A stretch of DNA of 62,434 nt from a virus. Its lineage: Duplodnaviria > Caudoviricetes. The stretch is from IMG/VR virus record IMGVR_UViG_3300032087_006201, positions 1-62,434 of that record; one strand, 5' to 3'. Of this stretch, positions 9,644-19,998 are shown one piece after another. Each line of letters opens with the position of its first letter. Within the stretch, counting starts at the first letter, position 1. Made by a program: the position numbers and the translations under genes. Under the pieces are notes generated by a model. That model worked only from the letters and a program-made list of their open reading frames with translations, was not told the origin of the DNA and ran no database searches.

Positions 9644-12600
9644 CTATTCACTAGTTTTTTCTATGTCGATTTCCGCTTCTACATTAACTAGTTCTACGAG
9701 AGAAAAGAAATCATATGGCCAGTTGTAGCTATATTTTGGATCGAATACCTTGGAAGAGTCTTCTCTGCCAACTTGCACGCCGAGAGATCGATCAAAATTG
9801 CCAACTTGTTGGTTGGAATCTTTGATGACCTTATCAAAGTAATTCTTTTGTGCCTTTTGCTTAACCTTGAAGACCATCCATTGAAGTTTGTCCTCCAAGT
9901 TACCAGCTAGTAATTCATTGTATAACAAATCATGGTCAATCTCAACTTCCTTGACAGCTTGCGCTGTTGGCGGATAATCACCCCTATCTGTATCAAAAGA
10001 GTACCCTATTTTTGGAGGTAAGTTCTGCCACATATCAGAAAGATCGTCTTGATCAAAGGTATGCTCGAATTCAAAAATATACATGCTAAAAGGAGTAACA
10101 TTTTCCGGATTTGCTAAGAAATCCATCTTTGGCGGCAAGACAAACTTCTGCATAGACCTGACCATACGAATTATTGACTCACCAGGGCAGTGCTCCTCTT
10201 CTGGTCCCATTACATCACCAAAATTTACAATCCTCAAAGCCTTGTCAATCCTCTGCCTTTCAAGGTCAAAGAACTTCTTCTGCCCATCCGCAACAATATA
10301 TGGTATCGCCACTACTGCTTCACAAACTGTCTTTCCAGTAGCAATTCGACCGAGCCTCTTTGGCTCTGTGCCGAAGCCTACTAGCTCAGTCAAAGAGCCA
10401 GTAGATCCGGGGTCTCCGCCCAAAGCTTTTGAGATATAATTTCTAGGAATATCTGCTATTTGCAAGAATATTCCTTGATCAGGCTGTTCTGGCAATACCC
10501 CATATTGGTGCCACATTCCGACACCTACACTAGCGCTACCAAATTGCGGGGCAGCAAACTCTGAACCACTGAAATTCAACATTGGCGTCTCAAACTTTGG
10601 CTGGATAACCCAAACATTTTGCTTAGTATCCGATGCCTCTATTGGCTTGCCGGTCGCAGGATCATATTTGAGATCCTTAATTTGTGCCTGACCGAACATA
10701 TTCAAGCAAGCATCAAGTTGCATAGCGTTATATTCGACGTTGGCAGAGTGGTACATCGTATTCTCTTTCATCACTGCCCACTCATTACCGACTCTACGCA
10801 AAGCAACTGATAGGTTGGCAGGTGAGAAGATCTCTTGCAGCGTTATCGGGTTCTCAGTTGTTGAGCTTCTTGGGGCAGTAAAGATTAGGTCTGCCCAGGA
10901 TTCTCCATTGTAATATGGTGGAGTGAATGGTAGATTTAAACCATCAGTCGATGTTTGAACTAGCTCTGCTTCACCACCACCGCAAGGAGGACCAAAAGCG
11001 GTTGGACGACTATACATCGTGAATGTTTCAAATACTTCTCCCTTTAAGTCTCTTGGAATCATTGGGTTTCTATAGCCCAATGCTCCTGTGCGATACGAGG
11101 GAACGTTCAAACTCTTAAATATCTTAATTCTCGCAGCATATTGCTCACCCTGCTTTACCGTTTCAAACTGACTCTCTGGTCTCGAAACTAGCGACGTGAA
11201 TTGTCTTTCGGGCAAGAAGAAGTCTGGCACCTCGGCAAAGAAGTTGCTAGCCATTAGCTTATACCTTGAATCACCAAGACCGCTCCAAGAAGCTGTTACG
11301 TTTAGTGAGCAGCTGGGGCTTGGCTCCATATCAGCCATATCTTTATCGGCAATGTAGTTTTCTGGCTCGATCATAGCCTCGAACGGAATCCTGTAATGGA
11401 ACCTACCAATTCCGCCAGATCCAGAGATAAGCGGGGTAGCGCCAGTTGAGGCTTTGTAAGTATCATCGTGCAACTCAACACTTGCTGAGAACATAGGATA
11501 ATCGACGGCTAGACCAGACTTTATCGAGTTATACATAATACCAGGTCCAAAGAACGGAGTCATAAAGGTCCTGAAACCAACATTATCTGGTAGGGCGCCA
11601 GAAGTAGAAGTTGAAGAATCACTTCCGGTCAAAACAACATTGGCGCCATATGAAGAGGAGAACTGCAAGCCCATCTGGGTGGTCCTCTCGGATGGGTAGA
11701 AACCGTCATATGGAATGAACTTCAATAGTGCTTTGCATCGTAGAGCAATGCTTGTTGGGTCGCCAACATTTTCGTGGTCTTTTCTTACCACCTCGAAGAA
11801 CTTTAAGAAATCACTGTTCGTGTATGTCTTATAGAACAGCTCCTCGTCACTCTTATCTCGATCGCCGGTGCCGCCGGTGACCTCTAAGAACACATCGTTG
11901 TCAGCTAAGAAGTTTCCACCTAGATCCTTGACATATCTATCTATGTGCTCGCTAATCCTAAATGATGGAACAATTGAATAGTCTTTACCAACTAGGCGCA
12001 TTTGGCTGACATAATCTTCATAGTTATTATACCAAGGAGTCTTACCTGCTTGTTCGCCGGCTTGCCACAGAGAGGCGCCCCCATATATCTGGTCAGTAGC
12101 GCCAATGCTCCTGAATGTGTCATTCAGAGAAGCTAGCGAAGTGCCATCTACATATGATGAGGAGTACCCACCAATTGTCAGAAGTGAATTTGGTCTATCA
12201 AGAGTGTGGATTCTACTATATTGAACAGAAGCTGTGATATTAGCCTTTGTTCCACTGTGGAACTGGTTATAACGAGCCAAGAGGACACCGGGACCAGCGC
12301 TGCCAGTACCAGTATTCGCTGTAATCCTAGCTGTCAAGAAGTCCTCCTCTGCATCGAGTGACCACATACTCTGTGAAGTGATGAGGACATTATCTGGCAA
12401 ATCGAATCCCTTAACCTTGGTAAGGTCAGTCTGAGTCCTATCAGAGCGCAAGTTTCGCCAGAAGTTGTTGGCATAATTTTGTCTTACTCGAACGCTGCTA
12501 GAATAAGCATTTATAACAGCTGGATATACCGACTCTCTGTAAGTTAAGGAAACAAACTCTTCTACCGGGCTGTCTGGATCTGCCGCAGCACCATCCAAGT

Positions 12601-15600
12601 ACAAGTTCTTCAATTGATCATATGGTTGCTCTTTGTTTGGATTGACATTATACAGATTGTTTAGAAGAACATTATTGAAAGCAGCGCGGTTATTGGCATA
12701 ACTGCTGGCGAACAACGTATCTTCTGTTGTAATATTGCCCTTAGAATCAAGCGCCCTTACAGCCAATTCTTGCTCTAATGGCTTATATTTAGAGACCACA
12801 ACAGATTCTGTAAAGTGGCTAATATTTCCGTAAAGAGGGCTCGCTGAACTTGAAACAACGTTTAGTGGGTAGTTATAATTTGTTTTAGGGACATAAGAGA
12901 TTATATTTCTCTCTCTTAGCGCGCGGGCAACAGGATGACGACCGGATCTAGTTTGCTTCCAGCTGTTAAACCCGTAAGGACCACCTCTGTGAAGGATTAG
13001 ACCATTCAACACCAAGTGGGGTGCTATCTCTTCAACGCCAGGATCTGCTATCAGGTTGTTTCTGTATTCATTGTTTGAGGAGCTTAGAATATTGTTTGAT
13101 AAATCAACTGGGTCTATGATCAAGAGGTTTGTGCCAGCGAAATCAACTCTATTACGCGGGTCTCCACTGGGGGTATCTGTCTCAATTGACCAATCACTCG
13201 CTGTGGCAAAACTAATTGCTTGTTGGAATCCATCGACAGAGCTTGACACAACGCTGTCACCCCAGGCGTGCCCAACAATTCTTGACTGAGTGTATGAAGC
13301 TGTGATCCAAGCATATTGCAGGTCACTTCTTGGGATTGCGTTTGTGACGTTTATATTATCGAAAATAGAAGCGCTCACATAGCTGTTGTCTGCATATCCC
13401 GTATCTCCGGAGAACCTTATTACTCTATAAGTGTTTCTATTCTCCTTGTGATAAGAAGGTTGTGTGATGTAAGTATTAGAAGTTACAGAGCCATAAGTCG
13501 CATCGTGCCCAAACTGACCAGCGTGTAGAGCCCTTAGTGTTCTAAGACCACGACGCCTATCGAGCTGATCGACGACCCGAATAGTGCCGTCTTCGCCACT
13601 TCCAGAAGATAGCACTGAAAGATTTCTAAACGGCATTGCATTATAAACTGACTTCTCAGCGGCAATTATATCCAAATAACCCAAGCTGCTCACTTCTGGT
13701 CCGCCGGGGGCTGAGAATCTATTGACTATGATACTCTTGTCTGCCGAACTGGTACGGTCTGCAACAGCAGTTGAAGCCAGCAACTCATAGCGCGCACTTG
13801 GGTCGAGAATAGTTGGATCTGTTGGGTCGGGCTTGACGCCAAAGATATTACCAACGGTGCTTGGGTGCTTCAAGCCAAGTAGTGTAGAGAGAGTGTTAGT
13901 TTGCTTCAAGGTTGTGTTCAAGTTGATAGGGGAGCTTGGCAGAGTAACTCCCTCATTCTCGACAAAATACTTATTGTTAAGAGTCCTGCCAACTGTTTGG
14001 ACAATCTGGTAGTTTTGATCATAGTTGCCCAGGTCGGCAGAAGCAGTTGTGTATTTAATATTTCTAATATTTACTGGTCGCTTGGCTCTCTCTTCACGAT
14101 AATAAATCGCCTTTCTTCTTGCGGTCTCTGGATAAGGACCAGTTGGGAAGGGATACTGCGCCTCTACTAGACCAATGAATGTGTCGTCTGAGCCATATTG
14201 CGTGCCAACCAAGATTCTCCAAGCTTCTGCTCTTGTTGCCTTGTCATCAATCTTGTTTGTGGTGGTGCTAGTTGATACATACCTATTGATACTAGCGTGC
14301 CTAACTTGCCGACCGCCAACGTGACGCTGCGTAAATGGTCCCTGCATTGGGATTTCATTGCTTGGGCTTATTGTATCGGAGTGAAGATTCACCAGCTCTG
14401 TTCCAGAAGCGAAGTTATTGACTATTAGATTGCCATATCCAGTATCTATGGAGCTGCTAACCAAGTTGAATGGTGCAGCCAGGGCGCCCTTCATAATCCC
14501 TGCGTAGCCATCTCTGCCGTCCGTTGGGCTTCCAATTTCTTGATCACGACGCAAGCTAACCTTGAAGCTATAAAACTTCTTATCCTTCTCCTCTGGTAGT
14601 GTTCCAGTTACGTTCTGGAATTGTGTTACATCAACATTGTCGATCAACATCACGTTTAGGGGTGTGCCAGAAGCTGCTTGAGGACCTTGCGGATATGTTG
14701 AGATATAAGTAATATCACGGTCCTTGGAGGGCGGATAGTTCGTGCCCCCGTGAATAGATCTTCTAGGGCTAGCCTTCTCTTGGTCAGTCTTGACTTCTAG
14801 CTTATATGGCTTTTGCCTGTTGTAATCGCTTTGAAGGGCTTTAAGAATATTTTCCTTGGAGTCATCGACGCCAGCGATTCCTGTTGCTAGCGGAGAATCT
14901 TTTCTTGAAGCTCTTTGTAGCCAGTAAGTTTGGTTCTTATTTTGTGTTAAGCCAATTGGTGCAGTTTGTGCGAAAGAGCTTCTAATGATTGTTGGTGCTG
15001 AACCCGTTAGAGTTGGGCTCTTTCTTTCGATTGTTGGGAACTTAGTCCAATATTTGTTTCTTTCGAGAATGTGGCTTTCTACTACATTTATAACACCCTC
15101 AGAAGAAGCTGCGGAGGATGGCAGAAGTTGTCGCAAGAAAGTAGATAGAGAAGCGTCAATCCACTTATAGAAATCAATAAATTTGTCAAGATCAGGAGTG
15201 TTCTCCACCTTCTCAAAGAACAGGTTTCGCGCCTTCTCCATCAACTTGTAGTCTTGTCTATAACGATTGACAGGGTCACCAATGAGGTTGTTGAATTCAA
15301 GAATTGTAGCAAATGTGTTGATCATCTCATCTGAGATGACTTGATACATACTCTTTTCAATTGCCAAGAAGAAATTGACCGGTCTTTGATCTCTGGTGAA
15401 GTTTTCATCATCTGAGTCTAATATTCGAATCATTTCAGAAGACTGGATTACCTCTGGTGCCACTTGGCGGGCAGCATAGATATAATCCCTGTCTATCGCT
15501 TGGTTGTCATTGGTGGCAAAGAAATCGCCCCTACCAGTGTGCTGCGCCTTAACAACATTACCATACCAACCATATCGAGTCTGTTGCTCTGTGGAGCCAG

Positions 15601-18373
15601 ACGAAAGATCATTTACAATAAATTGCCCAGAGCTATCTGATCCAGTTACATCGTAGAAACCCCAGTTGAGCGCAAGCGTCTCAATTTCGGGTATATACGT
15701 CCCTGTTAGGGCTGCCTGTGTCAAGAAGGCATTCCTATGGGGGTTGAGGGTTCCGTTGTTCTCTGTGTCCCTTGCGTGGGCGGCGATGACAGCATTTGGG
15801 ACATAATCAGCCCAATACCTAACGCTTGAAAGCTTTACGTTGCTCTGTTGAAGAACAGACCCTGTGAAATTATCTCTATGGGCGCCGGCAAAGATTCTCT
15901 TGTCGCTCTGCAAGAAGTTTGTTGCGGCAGAAGCAACCTTAACAGAAGAAGTCAAGAAAAATTCGTCTCTAACAACATCAAGTTCAGAGTTGATTCCATA
16001 AAATTCTACTCTGTAATTGTCGCCAGCAACACCGGTGATGGTGTCGCCAAAGGGATACTTTTCGTTTATAATACGAGCAGCGAAATTCCACTTGTTGTTG
16101 TTGAAAACATCCTTATAAGTGTCAGTTGTTATTGGAGATATCTGAGCAATGGAAGAAGTTAGCTTAAAGTAAGCATCGGTAGAGTCAATGTCCGGGCGGA
16201 CCGCAATGATTCTCAAATCTGCTACGTCTGGTGTTGGAATGGTCGTGTCTGTTGGGACTGTACCATCAGCCGCGTGCATACCCATAATAGAGCAGGTTAC
16301 AAAGTCAGAGGAGAAAGAATTCTCAGAACAAGGGTCGATAGGAACTGGGAAGATAACTTCACCCTCAAAAGTAAAGCCAACATAGCTTTCTAATCCACTG
16401 TCACTACCAGAAATGAATGAAACGCTGTTTGAATTACTAGGATCTGCATATTGATAGACTGTCGCATCAAAACTAGCTGTTGTGTTAAAGTTTGCTAGGT
16501 TCTTTGCGACGGCTGTCGATCTGAAATTGTCTCTTAGTTCATAAGTTACATTGTTGCCGTAGGTGTTTAGCCTTATTAATTGCTCATCGATTCCATAACA
16601 GTGGATCAAGTTACGGAAAGCTTTTTCAGTACCCTTTGACTTGTTGATGTAAATTAAGTTGTTATAGATATTTTGGTAGATTCTTCCCTTGACCTCGTCA
16701 ATGTCCAAGTTGAAATCTCTATTCTCATCACGAGATAGAATTAGCTCCATTATGTTGGCATCAATGAAGATATCTGGACTTGTCATTCCGGTGCTATTCA
16801 CCAAGTTGTTGGCGAAAGGCGCTGGCTGATTGCTAGAACTTTGATATTGTAGGTTTTTGAGGCGTGGGACTTCTTTGATTTGACTTTGCAATCTATCAAA
16901 GTAGCTTGCCATAACTTGAACAAGATTCTTTAAGTCCCCACTACTATCAGCTTCTGTGATCCAAGATGGCAAGGATCCATAAATACTAGCGTTGTTCTCT
17001 GTATCGTGAGTGCTGCCAGATTGCCTCAACTCTGATAGGAGAGCGGCAACTTGTGGATGATCTGAGTAAATAATAGGATCTCTAAACTCTGCCAAGGCAG
17101 CACTAGAAGACACCATAGCAGAGCCCGTGTTTCTGGCGTTGGTGTTGTATCCGGTCCAAGCACCGTTAGAGATTCTTCCAGAGTAATCCAGAACAACCGA
17201 ATCATTTGATGAGTTGTCAGTAATTCCTTCGTTAAACTTATAATACACTCCAAGATCAGTGTTGGCATCATCTGTATTGGTGCCCCCTCTGACTTGTGTA
17301 AAGAAGTTTCTACCGATGTCCTCAGCGGTTCTCTCTGTTTTCCAATATCTAAATTCATCCAAAGAGCCAGAGAGCTTACCCCAGCCTTGCGTAGCATACG
17401 TACTACCAGTTGGGGAGGTCCTAAGCGCACCGATATTGGCGACAAGGGCGCCTGTCACTTCATTTATCGTTGAACTTGTTGTCTGAGTATCGTTTAAGTC
17501 ACCATCAATATATAATTTGGCGGTTAGCGCTGTGCTAGAAGATGCGAAAGTAATAGCGTAATGATGCCACTCGTCGTCAGCAACATCTGCCGCTGTTAAA
17601 AGACCAATTCTATGATTTGCGAATCCGGAAGTTCCGGAAGTGTATGTAATTCTAAATGGAGAGACGCTTGCAACTGCGCCACTTAGCTCAACCATCAGGC
17701 GACCATATGCGTCAGAAGTTGTTGCGTTGTTATTCCAAACGTCGAATATGACCTCCTTCTCCGTCAAAGAGGTGACAAATTCAGACTTCTTTAACCAGAA
17801 CTCTACCGTTGAGCCGCTAGCTGGGTTTAGAGCCAGGTTATTGCCTCTATTCTTTGCGAGATCAAGGACATTGTTTTGATTGTTTGATCCAGTAAAGGCT
17901 GCGGAAGCGCGTGAGGCTTCTGAAAGGTTTGTGTTCGGTCCGCCTTTTAGGGAGATATATTCATATGATGAGCTGGCTGGGGCGCCATAAGAGCCGGTAG
18001 AGGCGATTTGAGTTCCCCACCCATTGGCAGCGAGAATAATATAACCGTTTGTGCGAGGGTATCTTTCGTCGAAGACGTATTGATCAAGATATGAAGAGCT
18101 TAGAATGTATTCATTGATCTCTGCCTCAGAGCCATCATAAGGGTATTCTAGATAAACTCTCTTAACGGCATCCTCATAATACTTCTCAGCAGATCCATAT
18201 ACTGCAAAGTTGGAGGCAGAAGAGAAATCTACCGGAGGTAAATATACTTGTGATCTTTTTAGCTTATTTTCAACGTTTGTTGCAGACTCGGCGTTAGAAC
18301 CAAGGGTTTCAGAGCTTTCGGCAGATATTAGCTGAGTTGGAACATTTACTCTGAATAAATCTTTTACGCTCAT
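9644..18373 (-). CDS. Giant baseplate wedge/tail protein with LamG (concanavalin A-like) domains
   Basis: 2909 aa; LamG signature TVEFWLK...WHHYAITF...LYIDG...LSGSLDEFRYW; a second degenerate LamG-like region (KWNFAAR...LSSVRYW); P2 gpI/T4 gp7-like KSKGTEKAFRNLIHCYGI; lies downstream of the gp6-like gene. Confidence 0.7.
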   Translation of the reverse strand: MSVKDLFRVNVPTQLISAESSETLGSNAESATNVENKLKRSQVYLPPVDFSSASNFAVYGSAEKYYEDAVKRVYLEYPYDGSEAEINEYILSSSYLDQYVFDERYPRTNGYIILAANGWGTQIASTGSYGAPASSSYEYISLKGGPNTNLSEASRASAAFTGSNNQNNVLDLAKNRGNNLALNPASGSTVEFWLKKSEFVTSLTEKEVIFDVWNNNATTSDAYGRLMVELSGAVASVSPFRITYTSGTSGFANHRIGLLTAADVADDEWHHYAITFASSSTALTAKLYIDGDLNDTQTTSSTINEVTGALVANIGALRTSPTGSTYATQGWGKLSGSLDEFRYWKTERTAEDIGRNFFTQVRGGTNTDDANTDLGVYYKFNEGITDNSSNDSVVLDYSGRISNGAWTGYNTNARNTGSAMVSSSAALAEFRDPIIYSDHPQVAALLSELRQSGSTHDTENNASIYGSLPSWITEADSSGDLKNLVQVMASYFDRLQSQIKEVPRLKNLQYQSSSNQPAPFANNLVNSTGMTSPDIFIDANIMELILSRDENRDFNLDIDEVKGRIYQNIYNNLIYINKSKGTEKAFRNLIHCYGIDEQLIRLNTYGNNVTYELRDNFRSTAVAKNLANFNTTASFDATVYQYADPSNSNSVSFISGSDSGLESYVGFTFEGEVIFPVPIDPCSENSFSSDFVTCSIMGMHAADGTVPTDTTIPTPDVADLRIIAVRPDIDSTDAYFKLTSSIAQISPITTDTYKDVFNNNKWNFAARIINEKYPFGDTITGVAGDNYRVEFYGINSELDVVRDEFFLTSSVKVASAATNFLQSDKRIFAGAHRDNFTGSVLQQSNVKLSSVRYWADYVPNAVIAAHARDTENNGTLNPHRNAFLTQAALTGTYIPEIETLALNWGFYDVTGSDSSGQFIVNDLSSGSTEQQTRYGWYGNVVKAQHTGRGDFFATNDNQAIDRDYIYAARQVAPEVIQSSEMIRILDSDDENFTRDQRPVNFFLAIEKSMYQVISDEMINTFATILEFNNLIGDPVNRYRQDYKLMEKARNLFFEKVENTPDLDKFIDFYKWIDASLSTFLRQLLPSSAASSEGVINVVESHILERNKYWTKFPTIERKSPTLTGSAPTIIRSSFAQTAPIGLTQNKNQTYWLQRASRKDSPLATGIAGVDDSKENILKALQSDYNRQKPYKLEVKTDQEKASPRRSIHGGTNYPPSKDRDITYISTYPQGPQAASGTPLNVMLIDNVDVTQFQNVTGTLPEEKDKKFYSFKVSLRRDQEIGSPTDGRDGYAGIMKGALAAPFNLVSSSIDTGYGNLIVNNFASGTELVNLHSDTISPSNEIPMQGPFTQRHVGGRQVRHASINRYVSTSTTTNKIDDKATRAEAWRILVGTQYGSDDTFIGLVEAQYPFPTGPYPETARRKAIYYREERAKRPVNIRNIKYTTASADLGNYDQNYQIVQTVGRTLNNKYFVENEGVTLPSSPINLNTTLKQTNTLSTLLGLKHPSTVGNIFGVKPDPTDPTILDPSARYELLASTAVADRTSSADKSIIVNRFSAPGGPEVSSLGYLDIIAAEKSVYNAMPFRNLSVLSSGSGEDGTIRVVDQLDRRRGLRTLRALHAGQFGHDATYGSVTSNTYITQPSYHKENRNTYRVIRFSGDTGYADNSYVSASIFDNINVTNAIPRSDLQYAWITASYTQSRIVGHAWGDSVVSSSVDGFQQAISFATASDWSIETDTPSGDPRNRVDFAGTNLLIIDPVDLSNNILSSSNNEYRNNLIADPGVEEIAPHLVLNGLILHRGGPYGFNSWKQTRSGRHPVARALRERNIISYVPKTNYNYPLNVVSSSASPLYGNISHFTESVVVSKYKPLEQELAVRALDSKGNITTEDTLFASSYANNRAAFNNVLLNNLYNVNPNKEQPYDQLKNLYLDGAAADPDSPVEEFVSLTYRESVYPAVINAYSSSVRVRQNYANNFWRNLRSDRTQTDLTKVKGFDLPDNVLITSQSMWSLDAEEDFLTARITANTGTGSAGPGVLLARYNQFHSGTKANITASVQYSRIHTLDRPNSLLTIGGYSSSYVDGTSLASLNDTFRSIGATDQIYGGASLWQAGEQAGKTPWYNNYEDYVSQMRLVGKDYSIVPSFRISEHIDRYVKDLGGNFLADNDVFLEVTGGTGDRDKSDEELFYKTYTNSDFLKFFEVVRKDHENVGDPTSIALRCKALLKFIPYDGFYPSERTTQMGLQFSSSYGANVVLTGSDSSTSTSGALPDNVGFRTFMTPFFGPGIMYNSIKSGLAVDYPMFSASVELHDDTYKASTGATPLISGSGGIGRFHYRIPFEAMIEPENYIADKDMADMEPSPSCSLNVTASWSGLGDSRYKLMASNFFAEVPDFFLPERQFTSLVSRPESQFETVKQGEQYAARIKIFKSLNVPSYRTGALGYRNPMIPRDLKGEVFETFTMYSRPTAFGPPCGGGEAELVQTSTDGLNLPFTPPYYNGESWADLIFTAPRSSTTENPITLQEIFSPANLSVALRRVGNEWAVMKENTMYHSANVEYNAMQLDACLNMFGQAQIKDLKYDPATGKPIEASDTKQNVWVIQPKFETPMLNFSGSEFAAPQFGSASVGVGMWHQYGVLPEQPDQGIFLQIADIPRNYISKALGGDPGSTGSLTELVGFGTEPKRLGRIATGKTVCEAVVAIPYIVADGQKKFFDLERQRIDKALRIVNFGDVMGPEEEHCPGESIIRMVRSMQKFVLPPKMDFLANPENVTPFSMYIFEFEHTFDQDDLSDMWQNLPPKIGYSFDTDRGDYPPTAQAVKEVEIDHDLLYNELLAGNLEDKLQWMVFKVKQKAQKNYFDKVIKDSNQQVGNFDRSLGVQVGREDSSKVFDPKYSYNWPYDFFSLVELVNVEAEIDIEKTSE

Positions 18374-18375
18374 TT

Positions 18376-19998
18376 TTACTCTTCTACTCTAAATTTGAAT
18401 TCTTGTGGCTGCTCTTGCCAATCTCCTATTGATCCATTATAATAAGCAAATTTTATCTTATATGCGTATCCTGGCTCCAATAGAGACATATCTAGGTCAA
18501 AGTAGCTTCCGGAAACGTCGTAAGACATTAGAGTGTGTAGATCACTTCCTGTCCCAAAAGGAACAGCCTCAACACCATCAATTACTCTCACAACAGAGAA
18601 AGAACCACTCTCCACAATAAACGGCGGAGTGGTGGCTACCGCCTTCGTGTAAATAGTTGGACACCAATCTTTTTGGCGAGTGAAAACCCTAAACCGAGCG
18701 GTCTCGCTTGTTGCATAAACTGACTTCAAGTTTGTAACATTAGTAACAAATTCTGTCGAAGGGTTCTCTGTTGATAAATCCAACCTTGTTGGGTCAAAAG
18801 ATCCAGTCCAATACTCGGTCCCATTATAGGCTGACTTCCAGACGTCGAAGACTCTTGTTAGGGGGGTAGCAGCCGCTGTAAGGGCAAACGATGCTGTATA
18901 GACGCCGGTCTGTGATGAAAGACCGCCTGTAACATACAGGGCGGATGGATCTACTACGTGAGTGCCATCATTTACTAGTTGTAATTCAGAGCCAGCGGGA
19001 GCTGTGTTGTCTGCCGATCCTGAAAAAACACTAACGTAGATGATGTTATCCGTAAGATTTGGAATGTTTCTTAAAACTCCCCTATGATAGTTGTAGAGGA
19101 ACAGGGTGTGTAAATTCTCTTCGCCTGTCAAGAGCGAGCTGCTATAAAAGAAGGTGCCTCTTTCGTCCTTCTTGGTCTCTTCCCATCTAGCTTCAATAAC
19201 AGGTCTTTTGAAGAAAAACTCCGAACTTCTTGCGAAGAATTTCTTTGTATAATAAGATCTTCTGGCTCCGTCTGTGTTGGCGGGAACATTAGTGGTAGCA
19301 TCAGCAACCGCGACAAAAGCCTCTTGGCTTGAAGTTAGATGCACTCCTATGCCATAATCTGTCTTGCTTCCTAACACATTTCCAGCGCTGTTTAGCCACT
19401 GCTCAACCAGAGTGGTAATATCCACTTCTAGGTTTTCCGTCCCATCGTCAAATGTCTGTGTAAAAGAGGATGAAGAATCGGTAAAGTAGGCGCCGCCGGC
19501 AGACACAGAGGATGGGTTACCCCACTTGATGACACCATCGACGCTACTGGAACCCATATTAAGCCAGTTGGCACCCTCTCCATCTCGGGTAACGTCGGTA
19601 TAATTCTCCATATCCTTGCCATTTCCCTCTTGCCAAGCGAAATCATATTGTTTTGGAATATCAGGAGAGTGTGAGCCAGATACAGCAGCAATGTTTAAAG
19701 TAAAGTTCCTAGGAAGTGTGTAGGGCGTCACCGCGTTAAACATACGCAGATAGAAACTGACACTTCCAGAGGCTGGGATTTTTCCGGCTGCTCGATCAGA
19801 GGAGATGGTTGTTGTTGGGAATTTGACTAAAATCCTTGACAACTCAGATGATCCGGAACTCTCTTGTCCGTAGATAGAGAACACCTCTAACGAATCAGCG
19901 CGACCCATATTTGAACCAGTGCCACGAGTAGTCAAGTTTGACTGATAAGCGTTTGTGATTGTAGTATCAGCCGAAGCTGTGTATCTTAGAATACCCAT
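18376..19998 (-). CDS. Putative structural protein, DNRLRE/CBM96-like N-terminal domain
   Basis: ADTTI...NMG..DSLEV...SRILVKF pattern and ENLEVDITTLVEQWL; beta-rich; directly follows the baseplate wedge gene. Confidence 0.55.
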   Translation of the reverse strand: MGILRYTASADTTITNAYQSNLTTRGTGSNMGRADSLEVFSIYGQESSGSSELSRILVKFPTTTISSDRAAGKIPASGSVSFYLRMFNAVTPYTLPRNFTLNIAAVSGSHSPDIPKQYDFAWQEGNGKDMENYTDVTRDGEGANWLNMGSSSVDGVIKWGNPSSVSAGGAYFTDSSSSFTQTFDDGTENLEVDITTLVEQWLNSAGNVLGSKTDYGIGVHLTSSQEAFVAVADATTNVPANTDGARRSYYTKKFFARSSEFFFKRPVIEARWEETKKDERGTFFYSSSLLTGEENLHTLFLYNYHRGVLRNIPNLTDNIIYVSVFSGSADNTAPAGSELQLVNDGTHVVDPSALYVTGGLSSQTGVYTASFALTAAATPLTRVFDVWKSAYNGTEYWTGSFDPTRLDLSTENPSTEFVTNVTNLKSVYATSETARFRVFTRQKDWCPTIYTKAVATTPPFIVESGSFSVVRVIDGVEAVPFGTGSDLHTLMSYDVSGSYFDLDMSLLEPGYAYKIKFAYYNGSIGDWQEQPQEFKFRVEE

